Source: Gemmatimonadota bacterium (GTDB lineage: Bacteria; Gemmatimonadota; Gemmatimonadetes; Palauibacterales; Palauibacteraceae). Taken from it: DNA of 64,000 bases. This document shows positions 9,133 through 19,237 of the stretch, piece by piece. Every line of letters starts with the position of its first letter. Within the stretch, counting starts at the first letter, position 1. The notes below the pieces were generated by a model. That model worked only from the letters and a program-made list of their open reading frames with translations. It was not told the DNA's origin and searched no databases. The stretch is from positions 42,246 through 106,245 of the forward strand of contig JBDHAC010000017.1 of NCBI GenBank assembly GCA_039588275.1, in the 5' to 3' direction. The position numbers were made by a program, and so were the translations under genes.

Positions 9133-11082
9133 ATGCTGACCCGAATCTCTGGCCCGGACACCGGGTTACGCGGCCTCATGCCGCCGGCGCGACCGCCTGT
9201 GATGCACCCCGCATCGCGCGCTCCAGGGGCGCCGGGGGCATGGCTGGCGATCGTCGGGATGCTCGCCGTGCTCGCCTTGCCTGCCGGAGCCGCCGCCCAG
9301 TTCCGGGACGCGAGGCTGCCACCCAAAGGCGAGCTCTGGTTCGACCTTACCGGGTCGTTGCTCAACTGGGATTCGCAGTTCGCCCTGGACAGCCCGGACT
9401 CGGAGCTCGGGGACGGGGCGCGCGAGCCGCTGTTCAGGGACTTCGACGGCCCGATCGCGGACCGCTTGTTCCCCGGTGCGACCTCACTGATCGACGGGCT
9501 CAACGCGGATGCCGATGCCCTCGGCTTCGACCCGGTCGCGCCGGAGGGCTTCTCCATGGGCAACCTCGAGTTCGGGACGATCAACGCCCAGCGGCGGCGG
9601 CTCGAGTTCGGCTTCGAGCTCGGCTTCTTGGACCGGATAAGCCTCGAAGCTCGGGTTCCGCTGGCGTCCGCCGAAGTCGAGCCCTGGTTCGCGTTCGATT
9701 CAGCCTCCGCTACGATGCTGCCGGCGGCGAACGCGATCCCCACCGGCTTCTTCACGGGGTTCCGAACGGCCGTGGCGGACCTGGATGGACTGATCGCGGC
9801 AGGTACGCTGTCGCCCGGCGATATGGCGATCGCCGTCGGGCTACGTGACGGAGCGACGGTGTTCGTCGATGCGCTCGAGCGCCGGGTCATGGAGCTGCTG
9901 CTCATCCCGACGGGCCTCAGCCCCGCGGGGATGCAAATGATCTCGCACGTGGACTCGCTCGTTGCAGGGTTCGGGCTCTTCGATGTCACCCTGCCGGCGC
10001 TGCCACTTCCCGAAGTGGCAGCCGCCGCGGACATGACACGCCTGTTCACCGACCCGCCCCTGTCGGGAATGGTGCCGGGGCCCAGCGATCGAGCCTGGGC
10101 GTTGGGAGAGATCGAGCTCGGGGCTCGTTTCGGCATCCTGGACCAGATCACGCACACGCTCACCCTGGAGGCTCCGAGCCCGGCGGCAGAACCGCCCGTA
10201 GAGACACCCACCGAACCGCCCCTAGAGACACCCACCGAACCGCCCGCTCAGGACCCAGCCGCCGAGGCCGGCGAGCCGGAGCAGCCGGGGGAGGAGCCGG
10301 CGCCGGAGCCGGCGCAGGAACCGGTCATCGATACATCGCCCGCGAGCGATGTCAGCTTCCTCCGACTTCGCACGACCGTCGGGGCAAAGGTCCGCCTGCC
10401 GGCCGGATCTCCGAACGCGCTCCCGTACGAGAACCCGTCCGACTTCATCGGGATTCCGATCGGCGACGGTCAGATGGATGTCGAGGTCGCCCTCTACCAG
10501 GACATCGCCTTCGGCAAGCGGCTCCTGTTCAGCGTCGCCGCACAGTACGGTCTGCAGCTCGCGGATGAGCTCACGCTGCGGATCCGCCCGCCGGATCGTC
10601 CGTTCACGTTCGAGGGCACCCAAGCGTTGGTTCAGCGGGACCTGGGCGATTACGTGCAGGTGCGTCTGGCGCCGCGGTTCCAGCTCTCGGGTGGGATGTG
10701 GCTCGGGTTCGAGTACGGGGTGTGGCACAAAGGGGTCGACCGGTACGAGTTCGGGCCGACGCTCCCGGGGATCGAGGACGCCACTTCCCTCGAGATCGAA
10801 TCCGAGCAGCGGCGCAACCGGTGGGGGATCACGTTCCTGTTCGAGCCGGGCCAGGGCGCCCGGCGCCCTGAGACGCCCCCTCGCCGCGAGTCCGCGGGCG
10901 ATGCAGTCGCCGAAGGCGGTCCGGAGACGGCGGGACGGGAGGCAGTCCAGCGCCCTCAGCGCCGAACCAGTGGTTGGCGGTTCGCGATCACCCTGCAGCG
11001 CGCGGCATCGGGGTCGGGGGGACAGACTCCGGCCTCCTCGCTCGTGGCGGTGACCGTGCGAGCGCCGATCCGGATCTTCTAG
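9133..11082 (+). CDS. Hypothetical exported protein, probable outer-membrane beta-barrel with Pro/Glu-rich insertion
   Basis: Signal-like segment ending AGAAA-Q; amphipathic beta-strand pattern; C-terminal Phe. True start may be downstream (9178 or 9202). Confidence 0.65.
   Translation: MLTRISGPDTGLRGLMPPARPPVMHPASRAPGAPGAWLAIVGMLAVLALPAGAAAQFRDARLPPKGELWFDLTGSLLNWDSQFALDSPDSELGDGAREPLFRDFDGPIADRLFPGATSLIDGLNADADALGFDPVAPEGFSMGNLEFGTINAQRRRLEFGFELGFLDRISLEARVPLASAEVEPWFAFDSASATMLPAANAIPTGFFTGFRTAVADLDGLIAAGTLSPGDMAIAVGLRDGATVFVDALERRVMELLLIPTGLSPAGMQMISHVDSLVAGFGLFDVTLPALPLPEVAAAADMTRLFTDPPLSGMVPGPSDRAWALGEIELGARFGILDQITHTLTLEAPSPAAEPPVETPTEPPLETPTEPPAQDPAAEAGEPEQPGEEPAPEPAQEPVIDTSPASDVSFLRLRTTVGAKVRLPAGSPNALPYENPSDFIGIPIGDGQMDVEVALYQDIAFGKRLLFSVAAQYGLQLADELTLRIRPPDRPFTFEGTQALVQRDLGDYVQVRLAPRFQLSGGMWLGFEYGVWHKGVDRYEFGPTLPGIEDATSLEIESEQRRNRWGITFLFEPGQGARRPETPPRRESAGDAVAEGGPETAGREAVQRPQRRTSGWRFAITLQRAASGSGGQTPASSLVAVTVRAPIRIF
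10189..10245 (+). repeat. 24-bp in-frame tandem repeat (EPP[V/L]ETPT, about 2.4 copies)
   Basis: GAACCGCCCGTAGAGACACCCACC / GAACCGCCCCTAGAGACACCCACC / GAACCGCCC. Confidence 0.9.
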
Positions 11083-11154
11083 ACGGTACTCCTTCGCGCG
11101 GCGCCCACCTCCCGGTGCAAGGTACGCTCGCCCTCACATCGACCGGCGAGCGGC

Positions 11155-12822
11155 TCAGGCGCTCGCTACCCCCAGGAGCTCCTCCGCGTGCGTGCGTGAA
11201 GCCTCGCTCTCGGGATCCCCACCCAACATGCGAGCCAGCTCCCGCACCCGGTCGCCGCCCTCGAGGGCCTGGACCCGAGTCCGCGGGCGCTCCCCCTCCG
11301 TGAGCTTGTCGACGGAGAGGTGAGCCGTGGCGCGCGCCGCGATCTGCGCCAGATGCGTCACGACGAGGACCTGGTGGGAGCCCGCGACCCCTGCCAACCG
11401 TTCCGCGACCCGATGGGCGACTTCGCCCCCGATGCCCACATCCACCTCATCGAAGATGAGGATCGGCACCTCGTCCACCTCCACCAGCGCCGTCTTCAGC
11501 GCGAGCATGAGGCGGCTCATCTCTCCCCCGGACGCGACCCGGGCGAGAGGAGCCGGCTCGAACCCCGGATTCAGGGAAACCCGGAACTCGACCCGTTCCC
11601 TGCCCCCGGGCGTCACCTCATCCTGAGGCTCCAGGCAGACGACGAATCGACCTCCCGCCAGCCCGAGCTCGGGGAGCGACCGGCCGACCATGTCCTCGAG
11701 CCGTCGTGCGGCGCTTGCCCGCGCTTCGCTCAGGCTTCGCGACCTGGCATCCAGTCGGATCGCGCACGCCGAGCGCTCCGCTTCGAGCCGCTCGATCTCA
11801 TCGTCGGACCCTTCGATCGAGGCGAGCTCGGCACGCGCTGCGGCGCCCGCCGCGATGACCTCCGCCAGAGTGTCGCCGTACTTACGCTTCAGCCGATACA
11901 ACGCATCGATGCGCTCGCGTACCTGGCTGAGCCGGGTCGGATCGTGCTCGACGCCCGTTCGGTATTCGCCAACCCGGCGACCGAGCTCCTCGAGGGCCCT
12001 GAGCGCCGTCTCGTGCAACTCCTCGAACGCTGCTCCCTCGGAATCGATGCGAGTCACCTCGGTGAGACTGCCCGCGAGCTCCCCGAGGCGATCCACCACG
12101 GACCCCTCTCCTTCGTAGATCCCCTCGTACAGCTTCCCCGTCAGGGCGAGCAATTCCTCGGAGTGCGTGAGGCGTCTCGCCTCTCGCTCGAGCTGGTCTT
12201 CCTCGTCAGGATCGAGGGCGGCTGTCTCGATTTCCTCCGCCTTGAAACGCAGGTAGTCGACCCGCTCTCGACCTTCCGACGCCCTCTTTCGCGCTTCGGC
12301 GATGCGCTCATCGAGAGCTCGTAGCTCACCGTGCGCCCTAACCACGTCGGCCGCGAGCTCGGTGACACCTCCGAAGGCGTCGAGGATCTTCCGCTGCTCG
12401 GGTCGGTGCAGCAGATGTTGGTGTTCGTGCTGCCCGTGCAGGTCGAGGAGGCGGTCACCCAACTCCCGCACGAGCGACATCGTGGCGGGCGAGGAGTTGA
12501 TCCACGCGCGGTGGCGACCCTCCCGCCGGAGCTCACGCTTCAGGACGAGCCAGCCATCTTCCGCCTCCAGACCGGCCCTCTCGCAGCGCTCGACGATATC
12601 GGAGCGCGCTTCGATCTCGAACCGGCCCTCGATGCGTGCTCGCTCGGCTCCGGCGCGGATGTAATCGGCGGACGCACGTTCCCCCACGAGGAGCGATAGC
12701 GCCTCCACGAGTATCGACTTTCCAGTCCCGGTTTCTCCGCTTAGTACCGTGAGGCCCGGTCCGAACTCGACGGAGAGCTCGTCGATGACGGCAAAATCGC
12801 GGATACGGAGCTCGCGCAGCAT
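11155..12822 (-). CDS. recN: DNA repair protein RecN
   Basis: Walker A GETGTGKS, coiled coil, SGGE signature, FDEVDVGIGG. Confidence 0.97.
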   Translation of the reverse strand: MLRELRIRDFAVIDELSVEFGPGLTVLSGETGTGKSILVEALSLLVGERASADYIRAGAERARIEGRFEIEARSDIVERCERAGLEAEDGWLVLKRELRREGRHRAWINSSPATMSLVRELGDRLLDLHGQHEHQHLLHRPEQRKILDAFGGVTELAADVVRAHGELRALDERIAEARKRASEGRERVDYLRFKAEEIETAALDPDEEDQLEREARRLTHSEELLALTGKLYEGIYEGEGSVVDRLGELAGSLTEVTRIDSEGAAFEELHETALRALEELGRRVGEYRTGVEHDPTRLSQVRERIDALYRLKRKYGDTLAEVIAAGAAARAELASIEGSDDEIERLEAERSACAIRLDARSRSLSEARASAARRLEDMVGRSLPELGLAGGRFVVCLEPQDEVTPGGRERVEFRVSLNPGFEPAPLARVASGGEMSRLMLALKTALVEVDEVPILIFDEVDVGIGGEVAHRVAERLAGVAGSHQVLVVTHLAQIAARATAHLSVDKLTEGERPRTRVQALEGGDRVRELARMLGGDPESEASRTHAEELLGVASA

Positions 12823-12849
12823 CAGGTCGAGGATGTCCGGGCCGGCGTG

Positions 12850-13725
12850 CTAGACGTCGCTGGGGCGCACGTCACCCCACCGCAGCTTGCGACGCAGCAC
12901 CGAGAAGAAGCTGTACCCCGGGAGCCGAAAGAGTCGGACGGGGTGCTCGGAGCGGACGACCTCCACGCGGTCTCGGGCGCTCAGCTCGGTTCCGGGCTGC
13001 CCGTCGACGGTCAGGGCCAGGTCGTCGTGGCCCCCGAGGATTTCGACTGTGACCTTCGTCGTAGCCGGTAGCACCACGGGTCGAACAGCGAGCGTGTGGG
13101 GCGAGATGGGAGTGGCGATGAGCCCGTCCATCGTGGGGACCAGGATCGGCCCGCCTGCCGAGAGACTGTAGGCGGTGGAGCCTGTGGCGGTCGCCACGAT
13201 GATGCCGTCCGCGCTGTACTGACCGATCGGCTCATCATCGGCCCACAGGCGTAGCGTGATGAGGCGCGCCGTCCCACTCTTGTGTACCACGGCATCGTTG
13301 ACCGAATAGAAGGCGCGCATCGGATCCGGCGGACCGTCGTCGTCCTTCTGCCGGACAGTCACCTGTAGCGCGAGGCGCTGTTCCTCGTCGCAGTCGCCGG
13401 ATGCGATCACGCGGAGCGCTTCCTCCAACTCGTCCCGCGCCACCACGGTCAGAAACCCGAGCCGACCCAGGTTGCACCCGAGGACCCGGAGGTTGCGAGG
13501 TCCGGCGATCCGCGCACCGCGCAGAAAGGTCCCATCGCCCCCGAGTGTCAGGATCCAATCGAGCTCGTCGAGTGACTCCTCGAGCGAGCCTCGGCCCGGA
13601 AGCGAATCAGCTCGGTCTTGCTCCAGGTGGAACTCCATACCGAGCGGCCGGGCCACTTCGACGAGCCGCTCGAGGAGCGACTCCATCCCCTGGTAGTGCG
13701 GGTTTGTGACGACGCCTACATGCAT
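12850..13725 (-). CDS. nadK: NAD kinase
   Basis: GGDGT, NLGRLGFL, ND motif, TGSTAYSLSAGGP. Confidence 0.96.
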   Translation of the reverse strand: MHVGVVTNPHYQGMESLLERLVEVARPLGMEFHLEQDRADSLPGRGSLEESLDELDWILTLGGDGTFLRGARIAGPRNLRVLGCNLGRLGFLTVVARDELEEALRVIASGDCDEEQRLALQVTVRQKDDDGPPDPMRAFYSVNDAVVHKSGTARLITLRLWADDEPIGQYSADGIIVATATGSTAYSLSAGGPILVPTMDGLIATPISPHTLAVRPVVLPATTKVTVEILGGHDDLALTVDGQPGTELSARDRVEVVRSEHPVRLFRLPGYSFFSVLRRKLRWGDVRPSDV

Positions 13726-13730
13726 GCGGC

Positions 13731-14669
13731 TCAGCTCTTTCGCTCGACGACGAGGTGCACCATAGCACGCAGTTGGCCTGCTCCCTCGAGCCCCACCAGC
13801 TCGGTGCGGGCCCGGGCTGCCAGCTCTCGCCCCAGGCGCGTCGCCTCCCGAACGCCCACAATCGATGGCACGGTGGCCTTCCCGAGGGCCGCGTCTCTCC
13901 CTCCGGCCTTCCCCATCTCTCGGGACGAGCCGGTGACGTCCAGGATGTCATCTACGACCTGGAACGCCAAGCCCAGGTTCCGGCCGAAACGCTCGAGTCG
14001 CTGCTCCGTCTCGGTCGGGGCGTTCGCTGCAACCGCCCCCATCACACAGGCGGCAGCGATCAGCCGGGCGGTCTTTCCCAGGTGAATCTTCTCCAGCTCC
14101 TCCGGGGTCACGGCCCGTCCCTCGGCGTCCAGATCCCGGAGCTGGCCTCCGACCATCCCGGACCCGCCCGCGGCGACGGTCAAGGCGCGAATCAGGCGGG
14201 CTACTCGATCCGGTTCCAGTCGCAGCCGAGCGCCCGCGACCGCGATCGCCCGAATGGCGAGCGGCATGAGCGCGGCCCCGGCCAGCGTCGCCGTCTCAAC
14301 CCCGAATTCCACATGTAGGGTAGGCCGGCCGCGGCGAAGCAGGTCATCATCCATGCACGGCAGGTCATCGTGGATAAGGGAGTAGGCGTGGACCAACTCG
14401 ACACTGCACGCCAGCAATTCGACGCCCGACCGCGGCACCCCCGCCGTGCGCGCCTCACCCCCGGCCGCGCGATAAGACGCTACGAGGAGCAGCGGCCGGA
14501 TACGCTTGCCCGGCGCGAGTACGGCGTGGCGTAAGGCCGCGGATACGGGCGGTGCGGCCTCCCGCAGCTCTCCATCGAGGAAGGCGGCCAGCTCGGTGTC
14601 GACCGCCTCCCGTACGCTCGCGAGATCCGCGTCGTGGAGCCGGGTCTCAGGACCGGTCCCCGTCGCCAT
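13731..14669 (-). CDS. ispA: Geranyl/farnesyl diphosphate synthase
   Basis: GKRIRP, DDLPCMDDDLLRRG, FQVVDDILD; follows xseB. Confidence 0.93.
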   Translation of the reverse strand: MATGTGPETRLHDADLASVREAVDTELAAFLDGELREAAPPVSAALRHAVLAPGKRIRPLLLVASYRAAGGEARTAGVPRSGVELLACSVELVHAYSLIHDDLPCMDDDLLRRGRPTLHVEFGVETATLAGAALMPLAIRAIAVAGARLRLEPDRVARLIRALTVAAGGSGMVGGQLRDLDAEGRAVTPEELEKIHLGKTARLIAAACVMGAVAANAPTETEQRLERFGRNLGLAFQVVDDILDVTGSSREMGKAGGRDAALGKATVPSIVGVREATRLGRELAARARTELVGLEGAGQLRAMVHLVVERKS

Positions 14670-14919
14670 CGGATTCGTCCTCGGGTTCGGGTGGACTGAA
14701 CTCGACCTCGCTCAGCTCGCCCGTCGATTGGGTGATCAGCTCTTCGACCTTGCCGCGCGTTTCCTCCAACAAAAGGTTCGCCGCCCGAACATGCAGGATC
14801 CCCTCCTCGAAGAGCGCCATGGCCTCGTCCAGTCCGAGCTCATCCGAGTCGAGTGCCGCCACGATGCGCTCGAGCTCTGCCAGCGCCTTCTCGAAGTCGT
14901 CCATAGGCTCGGGCATCAT
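14647..14919 (-). CDS. xseB: Exodeoxyribonuclease VII small subunit
   Basis: FEKALAELERIV..LD..L.LDEAMALFEEG motif. Confidence 0.93.
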   Translation of the reverse strand: MMPEPMDDFEKALAELERIVAALDSDELGLDEAMALFEEGILHVRAANLLLEETRGKVEELITQSTGELSEVEFSPPEPEDESDGDGDRS

Positions 14920-16184
14920 TCACTCCCGTGTGGCTCGACTCGATCGGAGCGGCAATGGACCGTTCCATCGCTCACGCGGAGCCGAAACTCTCCTCCCTCC
15001 TCGAACATGCCGGTGGTGCGCAGCACGCGCCCATCGGGTGCGAGCGGTACCGCGTATCCACGACGAAGCGTGTGCAACGGGCTGAGCGCATCGAGACGCT
15101 CCGCGAGCCGCAGCCACCGCGCGCCGTCACGCTCCAGTCGATACCGCATGTAGGCGCGAAGTCGTTCCTCGAGCCGCGCGGCGCGCCTGGCACCATCACG
15201 TCCGCGGCGGCGTAGCCCCGTCACCATTCCGGCGGAAAAGCGCCGGACTCGGGTCCGCAGGGCCTCCCGATCTGGCACCGCCATCTCCGCCGCAGCGGAG
15301 GGAGTGGGGGCGCGGACATCGGCGACGAGATCGACGATCGTCACATCCACCTCGTGCCCGACCGCTGCGATGACCGGAACCGGACACGCCGCCACCGCGC
15401 GCGCCACGGTCTCTTCGTTGAAACACCAGAGGTCTTCGACCGACCCACCACCCCGCGTGAGGATGATCAGGTCGAGGCCCGGGTACCTCCCGAGCGTTTC
15501 CAGAGCGCTTCGGATCTCGACGCCCGCGCCCTCTCCCTGTACCCGACAGTCTCGCACCAGCACGCCGGTCCACGGAGCGCGACGCCGTACGACGGTGAGG
15601 ATGTCCCGCAGCGCCGCGCCGCCACGCGACGTGACGACCCCGATCCGACGTGGGACCATGGGCAGCGGTCGCTTTCTGGCGGGGTCGAGCAGGCCCTCGT
15701 CCTGGAGCAGGCGCCGAAGACGCTCGAACGCCAGGCGCCATAAGCCTTCCCCTCTCGCCTGGAGGTTCCGCACGATGAGCTGGTAGCGGCCTCGCTGTGG
15801 GTACAACGAAACCTGCCCGAACGCGCAGATCTCCATTCCCTCCTCGGGATCGGTGGGAAGGCGCCACGCATCACCCTGGAACAGCACGCATTGAATCTGC
15901 GCCCGGTCGTCTCGCAGGCTGAAGTACCGGTGCCCGGACGCCGCGACACGCCAGTTCGTGACCTCCCCGAGGATCCAAAGCGGTTGGAAGGTACCCTCCA
16001 GGACGTCCCGTGCCGCATCGTTGAGCGCGGAGACCGGGAGTGGTCGTTCCGGGGAGCTTCCGAGCGGCAGTCGCTCGAGGTCATCCGCCACGCGGCCGTC
16101 GCCCTGCTCGACGGACTCGAGGGTCGCGTCGGCGCGCTCGGGGGCGCGCCCGTCGAACAGCGAGAACTGTCGTCTTTGGCTCAT
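14916..16184 (-). CDS. xseA: Exodeoxyribonuclease VII large subunit
   Basis: SGHRYFSLRD, RGGGSVEDLWCFN, AVGHEVD, APTPSAAAE; start MSQRR overlaps the folD stop. Confidence 0.95.
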   Translation of the reverse strand: MSQRRQFSLFDGRAPERADATLESVEQGDGRVADDLERLPLGSSPERPLPVSALNDAARDVLEGTFQPLWILGEVTNWRVAASGHRYFSLRDDRAQIQCVLFQGDAWRLPTDPEEGMEICAFGQVSLYPQRGRYQLIVRNLQARGEGLWRLAFERLRRLLQDEGLLDPARKRPLPMVPRRIGVVTSRGGAALRDILTVVRRRAPWTGVLVRDCRVQGEGAGVEIRSALETLGRYPGLDLIILTRGGGSVEDLWCFNEETVARAVAACPVPVIAAVGHEVDVTIVDLVADVRAPTPSAAAEMAVPDREALRTRVRRFSAGMVTGLRRRGRDGARRAARLEERLRAYMRYRLERDGARWLRLAERLDALSPLHTLRRGYAVPLAPDGRVLRTTGMFEEGGEFRLRVSDGTVHCRSDRVEPHGSE

Positions 16185-17095
16185 CCGGTCGCCACCGGCC
16201 CGCCCGCGTGAATCTCGAGCTGGCGGGCGGCGGCCGCGACCGTGTTGCGCAGGAGCATGGCGATCGTCATCGGACCCACACCTCCCGGGACCGGAGTAAT
16301 CCACGCGGCGCGCTCGGCCGCTTCCTCGAAGGCGACATCGCCGACGAGGCGGTAACCCTTCTCCTTCGAGTCGTCCGGAACGCGGTTGACGCCCACGTCG
16401 ATCACGACCGCACCTTCGCGCACCATGTCACCCGTCACCATCTCGGGGCGGCCTACCGCGACGATGAGGATCTCCCCTTGCCGCGTAACCTCCCCCAGGT
16501 CATGCGTACGGCTGTGCGCCACGGTGACGGTGGCGTTGGCCCACGGTTCTTTCTGCAACAGGATCGCGGCCATCGGCATGCCGACAATGTTGGACCGCCC
16601 GACGATGACCGCGTGGCGGCCGGTCGGGTCGACGCCGGTGTGCTTGATGAGCTGTTGGATCCCCGCAGGTGTCGCCGGCCTGAAGGCGAGGGGATCGCCG
16701 CTCGCGACTCGCCCCACGTTCGTTGGATGGAAGCCGTCGACGTCCTTCGAGGGGAGCACTCGCTCCATCACCTCGGTCTCGTCCAGGTGATCCGGTAGCG
16801 GGAGCTGGACCAGAATCCCGTGTATCCCCGGGTCCTCGTTCAGCCCGTCGACGATGGCGAGCAGCTCTTCGCGCGAGATGTCAGCCGGGGGCTTGATATC
16901 CCGAGCCATGATGCCGGCCTCCTCACAGGCGCGGGTCTTCATCCGAACGTACACCTGCGACGCCGGGTCCTCGCCGACGAGGACGACGCCCAAGCCCGGC
17001 TGCACCCCCTGCTCCGCGAGCCCCGCGGCACGTTCCGCGACCTCGGCTCGAATGTCGGCCGCGATCGCCCGACCATCGATCAGCTTCGCTCCCAT
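16181..17095 (-). CDS. folD: Bifunctional methylenetetrahydrofolate dehydrogenase/cyclohydrolase
   Basis: GILVQLPLP, KDVDGFH, GRSNIVG, TPVPGGVGPMT. Confidence 0.97.
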   Translation of the reverse strand: MGAKLIDGRAIAADIRAEVAERAAGLAEQGVQPGLGVVLVGEDPASQVYVRMKTRACEEAGIMARDIKPPADISREELLAIVDGLNEDPGIHGILVQLPLPDHLDETEVMERVLPSKDVDGFHPTNVGRVASGDPLAFRPATPAGIQQLIKHTGVDPTGRHAVIVGRSNIVGMPMAAILLQKEPWANATVTVAHSRTHDLGEVTRQGEILIVAVGRPEMVTGDMVREGAVVIDVGVNRVPDDSKEKGYRLVGDVAFEEAAERAAWITPVPGGVGPMTIAMLLRNTVAAAARQLEIHAGGPVATG

Positions 17096-17126
17096 GATAT
17101 GTCCTCCAAGAGGCGGCTCCGCTCGG

Positions 17127-18677
17127 TCAGCGAGCGAAGTCGACCGTGCGTGTTTCGCGAACGACGACGACCTTGATCTGCCCCGGATATTGGAGCTCGT
17201 TCTCGATCCTTCGTGCGGTCTTCTCGCTCAGCTGCTCCATCTCTTCATCGGTAATCTTGTCCGGCGTGACCATGATGCGGATCTCTCGCCCAGCCTGAAT
17301 CGCGTACACCTTCTCCACGCCCTCATATGAGCTGGCGATCTCCTCGAGCTTTTGCAGCCGCTTCACGTAGTGCTCGAACGACTCGCGGCGTGCACCGGGG
17401 CGTGCGCCGGAGATGGCATCGGCCGCGGTCACGAGGAACGTCTCGGGGAAGCGCGCAGGCTCGTCTCCGTGGTGCGCTCGGATCGCGTTCAGCACCGCTT
17501 CGCTTTCCTCGCAGCGCTTGCAGAGCTCGTATCCGATCTCGACGTGGCTGCCTTCCTGTTCGTGGGTGAGCCCCTTCCCGATGTCGTGCAGCAAGCCCAT
17601 CCGCTTCACGAGCGCCGTGTCCAACCCGAGCTCGGTTGCCATGTTCGCGGCGATCAGCGCTACCTCTCGCGCGTGCATGAGCTGATTCTGTCCGTAGCTG
17701 GTGCGGAACCTCAGATGGCCGAGCACCTCGACCAGGTTCCGGTGCAGGTCATGGATCCCCAGCTCGTACAGGACCTCCTCGGCCGCCTCCTGCATCGATT
17801 TCTTGACGTCTTCCTGGGCTTTTTCGACCACCTCCTCGATGCGGCCCGGGTGAATCCGACCGTCGGCGACCAGACGCTCCATCCCGATCCGCGCGACCTC
17901 GCGCCGGACGGGATCGAAGCTCGACAGGATCACGGCTTCCGGGGTGTCATCGACCACGACGTCGACGCCGGTGGCCGCTTCGAAGGATCGGATGTTCCGG
18001 CCTTCGCGCCCGATGATCCGACCTTTCATGTCATCGCTCGGCAGGGCGACGACGGACACGGTGGCCTCGGAGGAGTGATCCACGGCCAGCTTCTGGATCG
18101 CCATGGAGATGACTTTTTTTGCCTCGCGCTCGGCCTCGCGCCGCGCTCGCTCACGCATCTCGCGTACGTGCTGGGCGGCCTCGGCGCGGGCTTCGTCCTC
18201 GATCTGACTGATCAGTTGCCGGCGGGCTTCTTCGCGGCTCAATCCCGACAGGGCTTCCAGCTTTTGCCGCAGCTCTCGAGCTCGATCCGCGAGCGCCGCG
18301 GCCTGCTTCTCCGCTTCCTCTTTCTCACGCTCCAGCCCGTCCCGACGCTCATCGAGTCGGACCTGGCGGCTATCCAGCATCTCGAGCTTCCGATCGAGCA
18401 GTTCCTCGCGCTCGACTGCGCGCTTCTCCAGGCGCTCTGCCTCGGCCCGACGGCGCTCGGCCTCACGAGTCCACTCCTCACGGAGCTTCTGTGCCTCCTC
18501 ACGTCCGGCGAGCTCGGCCGAGCGTCGAATTCCGTCAGCGTCCCGCTGCGCGGCGTCCAGGATCGCCTGGGCATCCTGCTCGACCTTCCCGCGATGCCGT
18601 CGAATCGCGACCCGCGCGGCGAACGCACCGACAACAGCGGCTGCGATCGCGACGAGCGCGACGGTCTCAACGTTCAT
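17127..18677 (-). CDS. rny: Ribonuclease Y
   Basis: N-terminal TM, coiled coil, KH motif KGRIIGREGRNI, HD motif LLHDIGK. Confidence 0.97.
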   Translation of the reverse strand: MNVETVALVAIAAAVVGAFAARVAIRRHRGKVEQDAQAILDAAQRDADGIRRSAELAGREEAQKLREEWTREAERRRAEAERLEKRAVEREELLDRKLEMLDSRQVRLDERRDGLEREKEEAEKQAAALADRARELRQKLEALSGLSREEARRQLISQIEDEARAEAAQHVREMRERARREAEREAKKVISMAIQKLAVDHSSEATVSVVALPSDDMKGRIIGREGRNIRSFEAATGVDVVVDDTPEAVILSSFDPVRREVARIGMERLVADGRIHPGRIEEVVEKAQEDVKKSMQEAAEEVLYELGIHDLHRNLVEVLGHLRFRTSYGQNQLMHAREVALIAANMATELGLDTALVKRMGLLHDIGKGLTHEQEGSHVEIGYELCKRCEESEAVLNAIRAHHGDEPARFPETFLVTAADAISGARPGARRESFEHYVKRLQKLEEIASSYEGVEKVYAIQAGREIRIMVTPDKITDEEMEQLSEKTARRIENELQYPGQIKVVVVRETRTVDFAR

Positions 18678-18732
18678 CTCGGCACCTCAACGATCTATCA
18701 AGCGATGGGTGATCCGAACCTCGTCACACCCC

Positions 18733-18769
18733 AAAACAAGAAAAACCGGTGGTTACATCGTCCACCGGC
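18733..18769 (-). terminator. Rho-independent terminator after 6S RNA
   Basis: Minus strand GCCGGTGG-loop-CCACCGGT followed by TTTTCTTGTTTT. Confidence 0.75.
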
Positions 18770-18780
18770 ACGCTTCGATC

Positions 18781-18937
18781 GAGGCACGGCCTCGGAGCGA
18801 AGGTCCGTCGGCATTCCGATCGAGCCCTCGCCATCTATCTTTCACGCCAGTATAGGTTTGCGGCACACCGCAGACGACGTTGCTGCGATCAAGTTGCCGG
18901 GGCCTATCGCGCACCGCAAGCGAGCCCTCCGTGCGAT
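18781..18937 (-). ncRNA. ssrS: 6S RNA (putative)
   Basis: Located between zapA and rny, a known 6S synteny. Minus strand forms a rod by eye: GCACGG/CCGTGC, CTCG/CGAG, GCGA/TCGC, CGGCA/TGCCG, TTGATCG/CGATCGG. Ends approximate. Confidence 0.7.
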
Positions 18938-18940
18938 GTC

Positions 18941-19237
18941 CTACGACTCGAGCGCCCCCTCGAGTCGGGCCGTGACCTCCGCCAGTCGCTCGCGCACCTT
19001 CTGATCCAGCCCGGCCGCCTCCGCTCTGGCCCGGAACAGCTCATCGGTGATCTTCATCGCGGCGAGGATCGCGGCTTTGTGAGGCTCGGTGATGTGCCCG
19101 CCGATGTGCGCAGCCTGTATCGCATCGTCCACGTAACGGGCACACTCTCGGGTGTACTCCTCGCCGAGGTCGGTGCGAATCTGGTAATCCTCGCCGAAGA
19201 TCGTGACGCGAACCGCCTTGCGATCCTGGGCGCTCAT
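18941..19237 (-). CDS. zapA: Cell division protein ZapA
   Basis: VRVTIFGEDYQI, A.YVD, AILAAM.I.DELF, C-terminal coiled coil. Confidence 0.92.
   Translation of the reverse strand: MSAQDRKAVRVTIFGEDYQIRTDLGEEYTRECARYVDDAIQAAHIGGHITEPHKAAILAAMKITDELFRARAEAAGLDQKVRERLAEVTARLEGALES

Noticed and set aside
17352..19004. 550-aa plus-strand ORF
   Set aside because: Antisense shadow of rny and the 6S region.
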